Shown in pieces: positions 1 through 12,449 of a stretch of 49,965 bases of DNA; the first letter of the stretch is position 1, and the number at the start of each line of letters is the position of its first letter. The stretch spans positions 12,440,801-12,490,765 of the forward strand of contig NC_068991.1 of NCBI RefSeq assembly GCF_001194135.2, given 5' to 3'. Both the position numbers and the translations under genes were made by a program. The notes under the pieces were generated by a model. The model worked only from the letters and a program-made list of their open reading frames with translations, did no database searches and was not told where the DNA came from. This DNA comes from Octopus bimaculoides (lineage: Eukaryota).

Positions 1-1
1 T

Positions 2-242
2 GACTGAAGCGATATACACATTAGCCACCTCCGCCCGGCCTTTTAGAGATAACTTTCTCTCAGCCCATGTTTGGCTGAGTTTGATCACTCTACTGGTGAT
101 CTCGTCCCAGTTCTTATCCATTTGGAGGTCCGGACTAAACCAGACCCCGAGCAGTTTAACCGGTCCGTCCGTCCAGCGTCCCACTACGGAGTCACTGTTG
201 GACGGTTTGGGCTTGCTTCTCCAGGTGCCGAGTAACAAACCC

Positions 243-244
<2 letters not shown>
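2..244 (-). mobile_element. L1/Tx1-clade LINE ORF2 fragment (end of the RT domain), 5'-truncated, continues beyond the window start
   Basis: Minus frame with no ATG, so absent from the ORF track. It is stop-free for 81 codons: LGLLLGTWRSKPKPSNSDSVVGRWTDGPVKLLGVWFSPDLQMDKNWDEITSRVIKLSQTWAERKLSLKGRAEVANVYIASV. GLxLGxW, VKxLGVWF and W..RKLSLKGR are the typical L1/Tx1 motifs at and after the end of the RT domain. Confidence 0.85.
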
Positions 245-298
<54 letters not shown>

Positions 299-323
299 GG
301 ACAGACTGACAGACAGACAGACA
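243..323. repeat. (GATA)n followed by (GACA)n microsatellite
   Basis: Directly visible; it abuts the 5' junction of the Tx1-like fragment. Confidence 0.97.
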
Positions 324-783
324 GATGCACACACATACGCATATGCGTACATATTTATATGTGCGTGTGTGTGTGCGTGTGTGTGTAATATTTATAAACA
401 AACCAGAATATATATGTGTATGTATGCTCATATATATATATTTATACACACATACATGTACTCTTATACATGCACTCACATACTCTCACACATACAAACA
501 TTAATGCAACGCATATGCAAGCATATACCAAATTGTATGATTAAGGAATCCATATTTCCATATTTCAAGGAAGTACTCAATACATTTGCAAAGTAATGTA
601 TTGTAAATATGTTTATTACGAACTATCTTTCATATGTCTTAGGCTCGCTCAGCTTTTGTTTTCACCTCATCAATTGCATTTGAAGCAATTTATTCAGTCC
701 CTATTAATGCTATTTCCAGAAACGGACAGCTTTCAATGAATTGATATCTTTGAATTAATTTAATTCTGTTATTAATCCACCAG

Positions 784-817
784 ACATCTCCTGAAGTAGA
801 GAGCGGAATATCGTACG
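784..817 (+). other. Weak candidate 34-nt exon
   Basis: ttaatccaccAG|acatctcctgaagtagagagcggaatatcgtacg|GTAAGG; frame 0 reads TSPEVESGISY. No homology recognised. Confidence 0.2.
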
Positions 818-1063
818 GTAAGGCTACATTTTTAAGCGATTACTTCATATTACCAAATCGAAATTTAGTTTGTGCTAAGCTTAAAGTATAACATTAAATC
901 GCGAATCTATATATATTTTAATCTTAAATTCGTTGCTTATATAGTACCAATATAAACCTACTTAATGGTCTACACACACACATTCACGCACACTCACAGT
1001 TACTCACTCAGTCTCTTACACAGACACACACAATAATAATTATTTTTATCATATCTTAGAAAT

Positions 1064-1181
1064 GATTATTCATATTCTTTTCTACTCTAGGCATAAGGCC
1101 CCAAATTTGTGGGGAGGGGCCAGTCGATTAGATCGGCCTCAGAAAAATTTGAACTCAGAACGTGAAGACAGACGAAATGCC
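1064..1181 (-). mobile_element. tRNA-derived SINE family A, internally deleted copy
   Basis: The reverse complement has gttctgagttcaaatt (B-box) joined directly to gatctaatcgactggcccctccccacaaatttggggccttatgcctagagtagaaaag, matching the copies at 14523 and 48089. Confidence 0.8.
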
Positions 1182-1446
1182 AATTTCTTTATTGACCACC
1201 AAGGGCTAAACATAGAAATGGACAGAATAAATTATGGGATCAGTAATGCGGTATGATTTTACATTAAATGTGACTTTTAGAAATTAAATAAAATATTAAA
1301 AAATCGAATGAAATTTACAATACAGGGACAATACATATGAAGCGATGATCAGGCCACGCTCTGACCCCACAAGCCCCGATCTATCGCTGGTACCTTTTTT
1401 GTTCTTTTTTTTCTGTCTATTAGAAGTTCATGTTATAATTATTATT

Positions 1447-1807
1447 GAGTGAGAGAGCAGTGCATGCCATCAAAGTGACACTGGGGTAAAATATACGAAG
1501 CCCATTATACCCATCATAACTACCCGTCTGATAAGAGTACACCAGGCACATGCATCACAACCATATGTCCGCGACATGGTGATCTCATATCAAGATAAAC
1601 AGTGCATGACCTCGCAGGTGGGGCCCAGTTAGAATTTTCTTCAGGTCGACTAGCCCATCCCGCTCAAAAGGTCCCTGAATAAGGTTTATTTAAGGATGTT
1701 GAGAAAAACACCCATGTTTCCAAAGGTGAATTATTCAAACCCCAAGGAATTCCTCTCAACACATGGCTATGATGCTCCCCCACTACTTCTGCTTGTGATC
1801 AGAGATG
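1447..1807 (-). mobile_element. Retroposon family C with (TAA)n 3' tail (LINE 3' UTR or long SINE), cut by a gap
   Basis: Collinear with 24803-25151 and 47708-47807. All three copies are preceded on + by (ATT)n. Confidence 0.85.
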
Positions 1808-2020
1808 NNNNNNNNNNNNNNNNNNNNNNNNNNNNNNNNNNNNNNNNNNNNNNNNNNNNNNNNNNNNNNNNNNNNNNNNNNNNNNNNNNNNNNNNNNNNN
1901 NNNNNNNNNNNNNNNNNNNNNNNNNNNNNNNNNNNNNNNNNNNNNNNNNNNNNNNNNNNNNNNNNNNNNNNNNNNNNNNNNNNNNNNNNNNNNNNNNNNN
2001 NNNNNNNNNNNNNNNNNNNN

Positions 2021-2083
<63 letters not shown>

Positions 2084-2543
2084 ACACGTGCGTTTGTAAG
2101 ACTGAAAAACGTTCTTACAAAATCAGAAAAGAACCTTCCCTAATGTCTCTGTCAATCTCTTTCGTAAGATTTTTCATAAAATTAATAATTTTAATTTAAT
2201 AAAATCTTTCTTCAGACAATATAAAGAGCTTTATCGAAATTTCTTACATACACGCGCACGCGCATGCACACACACACATATAAATATGATTGTATGTATG
2301 CATGTCTGTATGTATATATATATATGTATGTATGTATGTATGTATGCATGTATGTGTGTGTATGTATATTTATGTATATATGAATGCATAAATACATATA
2401 TGTATATGTTTATAAGCAATACACACACACATATACATATAAGCCTGTATGTATGTATGCTTGTGTATATATGCATGCATAAATGCATACATGTATACGT
2501 ATATAAACAATGCACACACACACAAACACAAACTACACACTCC

Positions 2544-2588
<45 letters not shown>

Positions 2589-3419
2589 ATATATATATAG
2601 AGAGAGAAGGGGTGCATAGCACATGTTCGCATCTGTACACTGCCTCCAGAGAAAAGGAGTGTCTTTTCATAATGGCATGCTAATTCATGACATATCTTGC
2701 TTCATTGAGTTTATCTCCCTTTCCAATAGAGAATTACTCGCAACCGCCTCTAGGTGTGCTGTTATTTTCCTTTATTCGAAGCGGTCATAATTTCTGTAAA
2801 TGAAGTATTTATCTTGCACGGCGTTCTGTACACTTTCGTCTTTCCTCTGCAAATTCAAGCAACTGTCCACTCGCAAATTTTCTATTAGCTCATCTTTTGC
2901 ATATCTATCTATCTGTGCGTATATACATACATGCATACATATATATATATATATANNNNNNNNNNNNNNNNNNNNNNNNNNNNNNNNNNNNNNNNNNNNN
3001 NNNNNNNNNNNNNNNNNNNNNNNNNNNNNNNNNNNNNNNNNNNNNNNNNNNNNNNNNNNNNNNNNNNNNNNNNNNNNNNNNNNNNNNNNNNNNNNNNNNN
3101 NNNNNNNNNNNNNNNNNNNNNNNNNNNNNNNNNNNNNNNNNNNNNNNNNTATATATAAGTTTTAGAGAAAAGAACCAAAGTTCATGAACTAATCCATGAA
3201 AATCCACAGTCACATATAGAAAAATTAATAAGTAAAAGCACGATTAATATGATACAAAATAAATATCATAAGATAAAGATAATAAAATGACTACACATGT
3301 TTCATAACCAAATTTTCAAATAGAAAATAAAAAATATTCAAATCGATTAAAACGATCGAAAATCACTGTCCAGACTTACAGAGGTAGAATATATCCTATA
3401 TTTGGATTTGAAAATGTAT

Positions 3420-3455
3420 CTGGACTACATATATACAAAGATATATGTAGTCCAG
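3420..3455. repeat. Perfect 15-bp inverted repeat with 6-nt loop
   Basis: ctggactacatatat-acaaag-atatatgtagtccag. Confidence 0.95.
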
Positions 3456-4544
3456 GTTTTTTTGTCCTATGAACTGGACAATTTTTCAGCAAAAATTACA
3501 GAAGAAATATAAATTATGATTGAGTCACAGTTACCATTGGACACTTCTAAAAGACATATATAACCAAGACCACGCGATTCTAATTCAGTGTTTGGTCACA
3601 AGTTATAGAGAATGACTGTCTTCTCGTAAATTTTTATTTATCCATGCCAAAAACTTTTATTTATCCATGCCAAAAATTAAGCATATTGAATATTGAATTC
3701 GTTAAAAATTTACGCAATACGGGTTATTTACCAACATTTTGGTATCAATAAAAAATAAAAATTCAAAAATAGTTTTACTCTTTTTATCCGTGACTGACGG
3801 GTTTAATATGAATTCAAGAACTATTTATTAACGTTAAGATGTTCTTTTTTATACAAAATAAAAGGCATTCATTTTAATTGGATTCGAGTCTTTCAACCAT
3901 TATAAAATAAGCACCAGTGTAAAGTTGAAATAAGGTTCGACCCCATTTCCGATTCAGTTGACCATACGATAACCAGTTGTCAAGTAATTTAAATCTGCCG
4001 ATTGAAAATGAGGCTTTAACATAATCCCTGCACACTTGCTCGCTATATGTATTATTTTTTTGAGGAAGCATCACTACCACGATCCGAGTCAAACGAAATG
4101 TCATCAACAGCAGTGATTTGGCGTAAACAATTTTTTTCACAATTATTCTACCTTAGGTTCAAAGTTTATTTCTACTCTCCCACGTTATTGTTATTGCTTG
4201 TAACCTGTGAAATTCAATTATTTTCTTTCCCGTGGTTGTGGCAAGATATAAATGCGTTGAATTATTATTTTCGTTTCTTTTATATATATATATATATATA
4301 TTGCTTTTAAAATATGCTTTAACGAAAACAGTAAATTGTATTATTCTTATCTTTTACATTTAGTCTAGCGATGCTTAGGACTCAGAGGCAGAGAACACAT
4401 ATAGTTATACACAAGCTACCATAGTTGAGATTATGGAAACGATTTAACATATTGAGATTAGGATCCAAATGAGAAAAATAGCCATTAGTATGAATAAAAA
4501 TCTATTGTCAGAAGAAACAAGGGAGAGAACTTCCTTAACTGAAA

Positions 4545-4653
4545 TGTTGTTGTTGATGTTGTTGGCACTCCGTCACTTACGGCGTCGAGGGTTCCAGTTG
4601 ATCCGATCAACGGAACAGCCTGCTCGTGAAATTAACGTGCAAGTGACTGAGCA
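4545..4653 (-). mobile_element. 3' fragment of retroposon family D with (AAC)n tail
   Basis: GC-rich block ggcactccgtcacttacggcgtcgagggttccagttgatccgatcaacggaacagcctgctcgtgaaattaacgtgc directly after a (TGT)n tract. Single copy in the window; family status is from recall. Confidence 0.6.
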
Positions 4654-6939
4654 AGTTTCAAGAAGATGATTGATAAATTTCCATTATATTGAACTATATC
4701 TGCAAAGCAATATAATTTTGTCTTATTCCACTAATTACAGAACTTTGTTTCGTTGCGAAATTTTCGTAGCGTTTATAATCCTATATAACCTTATAATTTT
4801 GAGAGAGTTAATCTTGAGGGATATATTTGTGAACTACACCCATGTATTCTGGGGGAGTTTAGTAGTTGATATTTGGAGCTGAATAAAAGTTTTTGTGGTC
4901 CTTCAAAGTAATATACAAATTAGTTTTTTAAGGTTACACGTTCCACTCTGCCGTATTTTTTTTTTTTAATGAGGAAACTAGAGATTTCTCTTTTCTGCTG
5001 ATGTGAAGCTCTGTCTTTTGTCCTGGTAATGTTACCTGTCAAAATTTAGGAGTTTTCTGCAATCAATTTCATACAGTTTTTCTACTTTGTCAGTAGATAT
5101 GTAAATATTACAGAAATTTCTGTTAAACTTCATATAGTAATTTAAGAGAGTTTGGAACAATAATGTGTGTTATAATCTTATAATTTCTATCTTATCCATA
5201 TGTTGACTTTCAAAGTTTGCAACTTCTTAGTTCAATCACGCAGAGATAGCAGCAAGGATTACAGGACAATCATCGTAGTTCTAGTTTAATTGTTGCTGGT
5301 GCTAACAGGTTATTACCAATACTTGCATGTCCCTAATACCAACATCACGACCAAACTATGCAGTTTGGTAAATACAATGCAGTCTATACATTTCTGAAGA
5401 GGTCTAATAAGTTTGAAACATGTATGACGTTTTCTCTCACAATTATCTAATTGATTAGAATAAAATCGAATCACTGTCTTTGAACCGATATTGAACCAAT
5501 ATTGTCTTTTCCTCACAATGTAATTATTAATAAATTAGTAGTACCGTACTCACTGCACTAAATATGTTAACAAAAGCTTAACTATTGTTTTTCATGTAGA
5601 TGGTGTCTCTGAATAATTAATCTCAGTGACACATACACACATATTTACAAGAAGCGTGAGTGTATATGCATACGTATATGTATGCATCTTTATATATATA
5701 TATATATATTTACAAATCCATATACATCCAGCCACCCTTCTCTCACATTCTACGTCTGTATGCTTCTTTCCCATATGCCTCTATTTATTTCATTAGCTCA
5801 ATCACTTACGCATACAAACACACATACACTTTCTCTCTCTCCGCTCACTCCCTCTTTCCCCCTCTCTCTCTAGCTATACTCCTGTTTTATACTATCACTA
5901 ACTCTTCTCTATACCTCTCTACTTCCTGCTCTCTCTATCTATCACTCTCTCCTTCATTCTCTAGTCTTCTCTCTCGTTTGTAATATCTTTCCCTTTTTTC
6001 TCTGCAATTCTCTCCTCACTATGTCCACCTCTGTATGTATCTGTTCCCTTATGCTCCTATATTTACCTTAATCCTCTTATCTATTTCTCTTACTGCTCCT
6101 TAAATCTTTCTATGCAAACCTCTCTACTACCCACTCTCCGATTATTTATCTCTAATTTTCCCTTTGCTTCTCTCCTTCTATCTATGTCTTTCTCTGCCTA
6201 TTCGCATCTGTGCTTTCAACTATGTATATATCTGTCTGTCTATCTATCTATCTATCTATCTATCAATCTATCTATCTATCTATCTGTCTAGCTCTTCTCC
6301 TTCTCTACTCCACCCTTCAACCTTTATACAATTCGTTCGTTCCCTCGTAATATCACGTCTCGCACCATTAAAACTGGAATGAGGATTGATTCTGCATCCG
6401 GTCGGATAACAAAGAACGAAAACGAAGTGGAAGGTGAAAAAAAGGAGGGGAGCAGGGCGGTGAGAAATAGACAGAAAGGAAGAAAAGGAGGCAGAGCCCA
6501 AAGAACGAAAGTAAGGAAGAAAGAAAGCGAGTAAGAAAGATAGAAAAACAGGAAAGAGAAAAGAAAAAAAAGAAAAAAGAAAAACGAGCGAAGGGATATA
6601 AAATGGTAAAGGACTTCTAGCAGGCAGTGCATCCGTTTATGGACGAATGCGTTTCTATTGGGAAAAATTGTTGGTGTTGGGGTAGGGTGAAAACATTAAG
6701 GTTTGGGGCGAGGTGCTGAAAAATCTACGTTGAGGTTTCGTTTGCGCGGCAGCGCTCGAACAAACCCCCCCACCCCTTCCCGCTCCTGTTCTCCATCAGA
6801 TCTCGACATCAACCGCCTGCCCGCCTGCCCAACCCTTACCACCTAACAACAGACATATAGCCGCTATATTTAATGACGTTACCAGCCGCATCTCAACCCA
6901 ACATACACACACACTAAATTACACTACCACCAACACAGC

Positions 6940-7193
6940 ACTAAACGCCACCACTACCACAGCTCAACCACTAACACAGAAGCACCACCACCACCACTAC
7001 CACCACCACTAATACTACTACCACCACCACTATTACTACCACCACTACTACTACTACCATAACTCTTGCACCAACCAGTCACTGCACCAGCATTCACTTC
7101 ACCACAACGCATTGTAGGGCTACTCCGTTGCACTATCAACGTCACCACCACCACCACCACGATCATTCTTCAATGTCTCATCAACAGAACACC

Positions 7194-7256
<63 letters not shown>

Positions 7257-7357
7257 AAACAACACCAGCAATAATCACACCATCAGCAGCAGCAGCAACA
7301 GCAGCTGCTGTCATCGTAACATCATTATCATCATCATCATCATCACCATCGTCATGG

Positions 7358-7393
<36 letters not shown>

Positions 7394-7620
7394 CCATCGT
7401 CACCTGCAGCAGTATCATCAACATTACCATCACCATCATCATTGTCGTCGTCGTCCACATCATCATCATCATCATCATCATCATCATTGTCATCATCACC
7501 GTCGTCGTTGTCGTCATCATCGACACCGGCACTATCAACATCAACATCATCAGCAGCATCAGCAGCAACATCGTCAAGGTCACCACCCTCCACACGCACG
7601 CACACTATCATCACCACTCC
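6940..7620. repeat. Compound trinucleotide array (CAC/TAC/AAT/CAG/CAT)
   Basis: Directly visible, including a pure (AAT)n at about 7195-7254. Confidence 0.95.
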
Positions 7621-8097
7621 TACCTTTAAGTTATACTGCCCCAACAACAAATTCTTGCATATATGGGTACAGGACGTCACCAACAGTACACAACATGAAA
7701 TACGAAAGCAAATGGTTTCGATATGCAAACAACGAGAGAAACAAATGGAAAGTAGGACAAGTAACATAAAGCACGACCCTTCGTCAGTTGTCGGTTGTCT
7801 ATCGACTTCTCATTTCGAGCGCTGAACGACAATATGAGTCTTCGAAGATAGTTGTTCCCATAAATGCCAAAATAAAATTTGGGGCTTATGCAGGGTAAAA
7901 TCTTATCATGTCTTTTATTTTTCACTTGTGTCAGCCAGTAAACATAACAGCAACAACGACAACAAAACCACTACTAACACTAGTACCCATACTATCTTAC
8001 TGGCACAAATATCATGACTTTTACTAGAACATTATCATCAATACTGTCAGATCAGCTTTCAAGCTATTCCCTGCTACCACATTAGATTCAACACGAC

Positions 8098-8135
<38 letters not shown>

Positions 8136-8281
8136 NNNNNNNNNNNNNNNNNNNNNNNNNNNNNNNNNNNNNNNNNNNNNNNNNNNNNNNNNNNNNNNNN
8201 NNNNNNNNNNNNNNNNNNNNNNNNNNNNNNNNNNNNNNNNNNNNNNNNNNNNNNNNNNNNNNNNNNNNNNNNNNNNNNNNN

Positions 8282-8657
8282 GGTAAGTAGCTTGCTTCCC
8301 AAACACATGGTTCCGACTTCAATTCCACTGCGTGGTAGGTACCTTCTTCTATAGCCTCGGGCCGACAAAACCCTTGTGAGTGGATTTCGTAGACGGAAAC
8401 TGAAAGAAGCCCGTCGTATAAGTGTGTGTGTGTGTATGTTTGTGTGTCTGTGTTTGTCCCCCCACCACCACCACCACCACCATCGCTTGACAAGCGATGT
8501 TGCTGTGTATAAGTCCTCGTAACTTAGCGATTCGGCAAAAGAAACCGATAGGATAAGTACTAGGCTGACAAAGAATAAGTCCTGGGCTCGATTTTGTTCG
8601 ACTAAGTGGCGGTACTCCAGCATGGTCGCAGTCAAATGACCGAAACAAATAAAAGAA
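8282..8657 (+). mobile_element. SINE family B (tRNA head, internal TG/TA microsatellite, 3' half), near full length
   Basis: Collinear with 11745-12132 and with the halves at 21758-22173 and 44535-44689. The CORE-like segment is partly deleted in this copy. Confidence 0.88.
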
Positions 8658-8673
8658 CATATATATATATATG

Positions 8674-8708
<35 letters not shown>

Positions 8709-10148
8709 NNNNNNNNNNNNNNNNNNNNNNNNNNNNNNNNNNNNNNNNNNNNNNNNNNNNNNNNNNNNNNNNNNNNNNNNNNNNNNNNNNNNNNNNNNNN
8801 NNNNNNNNNNNNNNNNNNNNNNNNNNNNNNNNNNNNNNNNNNNNNNNNNNNNNNNNNNNNNNNNNNNNNNNNNNNNNNNNNNNNNNNNNNNNNNNNNNNN
8901 NNNNNNNNNNNNNNNNNNNNNNNNNNNNNNNNNNNNNNNNNNNNNNNNNNNNNNNNNNNNNNNNNNNNNNNNNNNNNNNNNNNNNNNNNNNNNNNNNNNN
9001 NNNNNNNNNNNNNNNNNNNNNNNNNNNNNNNNNNNNNNNNNNNNNNNNNNNNNNNNNNNNNNNNNNNNNNNNNNNNNNNNNNNNNNNNNNNNNNNNNNNN
9101 NNNNNNNNNNNNNNNNNNNNNNNNNNNNNNNNNNNNNNNNNNNNNNNNNNNNNNNNNNNNNNNNNNNNNNNNNNNNNNNNNNNNNNNNNNNNNNNNNNNN
9201 NNNNNNNNNNNNNNNNNNNNNNNNNNNNNNNNNNNNNNNNNNNNNNNNNNNNNNNNNNNNNNNNNNNNNNNNNNNNNNNNNNNNNNNNNNNNNNNNNNNN
9301 NNNNNNNNNNNNNNNNNNNNNNNTATATATATATATAGCGACCCCTATTACCACCCTTGCACCAATACTACAATTATGACCATCTGGCCTTGACTAAGCT
9401 CTCAACGAAGCAACAACTTACCCGACCCCTTTATTAGAGTTTTGCCACCAGGATTAACCACCAACCACCACTACCACCAGTACCACCTCTACCATCACAA
9501 GTACCACGGTAACCACGACCTAACCCTACCCATGCTCACGTAACCTCTTACCCTCCCCGTCACATGCACATACGCACACATTACGGGATTACGAGCAGGC
9601 ATATACCGCCACCACAACTCTGCTAACATCATCGGCATCACCGCCACCAAAGCCACCATCATCAACAGTAGCAACCACTACCACTGCTACTACTACTATT
9701 ACTACTACGACTACTACTACTGCTAACAATAACACTACCAGTACCACTAATACCACTACCACCACTGTTAGTAACAGCGTCAGTAACTCTACCACCAACA
9801 TCACCACCACCGCTACCTCAACACCAGGCTAACACCGCTAACAAACGTCACCTCAATTCCATAATTTCGCTTCTATAAAAACTCCGCTTTTTTTTTTCCT
9901 AACCCAATCTGCCTATCACCATCATCATCATCATCATTATCATCATCGCCACCAGCAGCAACAACAACAACAACATGTACACAATAACAAAACACAACAA
10001 TATCAACATCAAGACTACTCGCTCCTTTTTCACCAGCTTCCACCTTCCGACCAACTCCGATGCTCCAACTTCCGATTTGAACTTCTAAACTTCCTCCACA
10101 CCGTCCTCTCTCCTCAAATCTCTTCTTACACCACGACTACCACCACCA

Positions 10149-10182
<34 letters not shown>

Positions 10183-11744
10183 ATCCATAGCTTCATTATC
10201 GTGAAAACACAGCTCGGATTAAGCTGAGTTGATTAAGTAACGTGGCTAACGTTAGCTATAATAATATTATTATAGTTAATACCCATGTCACCTCTCTTTC
10301 TTGCATTCTTTCTTTCGGTCTTTTTTACGTTCTTTCCTTTTTTTTCTTTCCTGTCCGACTTTCTTCTTTCCTTTCTTCCTTCCTTCCTTTCGTTTTTGCC
10401 TTTCTCTCCTTTAAGCTATTTCTTTTTACACCAAACGTTTATCAGCGGTTATAACAACAACCACACTCTAAGAAGATAACAATACCAACATTAACAACAA
10501 CCACAGCAACAGCAACAAAAGCAGCTGCAACAATAACAACAACAACAACAGCAACAGCAACAACGGCAGCAGCTTTACGCCTATCTAACATCACCCTTTG
10601 CCAAACAACCGAGCAACCAAATACATTACCTTTAACGCACGAGAAGAAATACAATACCTTCCTAAACCGTTATCCGTCTCTCGCTCAGACCCATCTATAA
10701 GTACAAATAAAATCAACTCACAAATACATGTGTAACTACACGTACAAACACCAGACAGAGACATCGAAAAACTTTACATATAATTAACCCTCAGACACTT
10801 GGACATGCAATCAACATCCAAATACTCATCCTTCTACAACTACAGATATAATCCATCCCCAAACACACAACTACACAGAAAACAGCATTCAGGAACACAG
10901 ACAACATCACATGCAACCAATTTAATGATACACTTCCTGTCATGCGCTATCTAGGGCACATTCCTACTCCTGTTCCGGAGGCACATGGAAATTCTTAAAT
11001 TCTCCGTTATTAACGAAACAGCTGTAGGATCCTTTCAACCATAGTCTGCCTTTAATGTATTCTTTGAGCAAGGAGGTATTATCTTTTGCAACGGATCTTG
11101 TCTATATTTCTACTTTTCAAGAGCGGACAGAGTGAGTAGTTATTCAGAACCCTCTCTGAATGCCTATTTTAAGAAAATATGAAAGAGGGAGAAGAAAGAG
11201 AAGAAAAGCAGAATCAGTACTTTATTGGTCCTTTTTCGAAACTCATATTGTGAGATTTGAATTTAGAACATAAAGAACTCAGACAATTATCTCGACGCAT
11301 TTGTCTGACACTTTAACGATACCATCAATCGATTGACAAAACAAATAGTTAATTCTCATCGAAATATCATAATGCATATTGCTCAAATAACAATTCACAC
11401 TATTCATTTTCTCTGGCAGTAATCTAACACAATCCTCACAGCGCATAGACAGACGAATCTCAACAAGATCGAAATCGCTCGTGTACACAAAATAAAATGG
11501 AGTACTGCTCATATGTTTAGGCGGAATTTCTTCAAACATATTCTTCGCAGAATTCCAACTTAAGTAGCTAAATAGCTCTTTTAGTTACTCCCACTTTACC
11601 GAAGGGAAGTTGCAAGTTTAACCTTCTATTGTTCTCTCTATGATGATGTTCACATAAACTTCATTCACTGTTTTCGCTAATCACAGAGTTTAGCAAATAT
11701 AGCGAATTGCATCACTTCTTTCTAAATACCTTACAGATAGTTTC

Positions 11745-12132
11745 AGGCATGGCTTGTGTGATAAGAAGTCTGCTTCCCAAACACAAGGTCTTGGGTTCAG
11801 TCCCACTGCGCGGCACCTTGGGCAAGTGTCTTCCTCTATAGCTTCCAGCCAACCGAAGCCTTGTGAGTTGATTTTGTTGATGGAAACTGAAAGAAGTCCA
11901 TCAAATATATATATGTGCATATATTGATATGCATCTTTGTTTGTCTCTCATCACCACCTGACAACCTGTGTTTGCTTACATTACCGTAACTTAGCGACTC
12001 GGCAAAAGAAGTCCAGCAGAATAAATAACAGGCTTAAAAAATTAAGCACTGGGGGCGATTTGTTTGACAAACCCCTTCAAGGCTGTTCCACAGTATTGCC
12101 GCAATCCAATAACCGAGACAAGAAAAAAAAAT
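11745..12132 (+). mobile_element. SINE family B, full-length diverged copy (CORE-SINE-like)
   Basis: A-box-like tggcttgtgtg, B-box-like ggttcagtcc, then ccttgggcaagtgtctt, which resembles the CORE motif CCTTGGGCAAGTCACTT; A-rich tail. Confidence 0.85.
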
Positions 12133-12321
12133 TAATGATAATAGCCACGCTGCGTGCTTTCAGTATAAAGCGTCTATCTTCAAATAGCTATCTCAGCTCA
12201 ATACATCTTGTCTGCCATATCTTTTTCGCCACAGTCACTAGACAGTGAGAAAGCCAGTACCCTTCTTGGCCCCAGAAAGGCTTTAGAGCGGTGCCCATGA
12301 TGGACTCGACTTATATCAGTG

Positions 12322-12449
12322 CAGTAGAACCTCGGTTTTCGAACAACTCTGATCACGAATAGATCATGCTTCATCTCCAGTCTTTCTCACATTCATTTTA
12401 TACAATAGTACCTCGGTTTACGAACGCCTCTGACGACGAATAAATCATG
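12322..12449 (+). mobile_element. Two tandem pogo/Tigger-like left termini
   Basis: cagtagaacctcggttttcgaac... (12322-12368) and TA|caatagtacctcggtttacgaac... (12403-12449) are similar 47-nt copies. The CAGTAGNACCTCGG start after TA is typical of pogo-type TIRs. Confidence 0.6.

Noticed and set aside
3874-4140. ORF region with QSADLN/LDNW, faintly like the Tc1-type SPDLNPLD motif
   Set aside because: It needs frameshifts and has no further motifs or TIRs; too weak without a search.
5313-5516. KLIRPLQKCIDC, resembling mariner KLISRWQKCVDC
   Set aside because: A single short motif with the conserved W missing and no flanking support.
7066-7825. Overlapping 187-215 aa low-complexity ORFs on both strands
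   Set aside because: Phase-preserving trinucleotide arrays stay open in several frames at once, which is not evidence of coding.
11279-11539. 86-aa ORF in unique sequence
   Set aside because: No recognisable motif or splice signals; within chance length.
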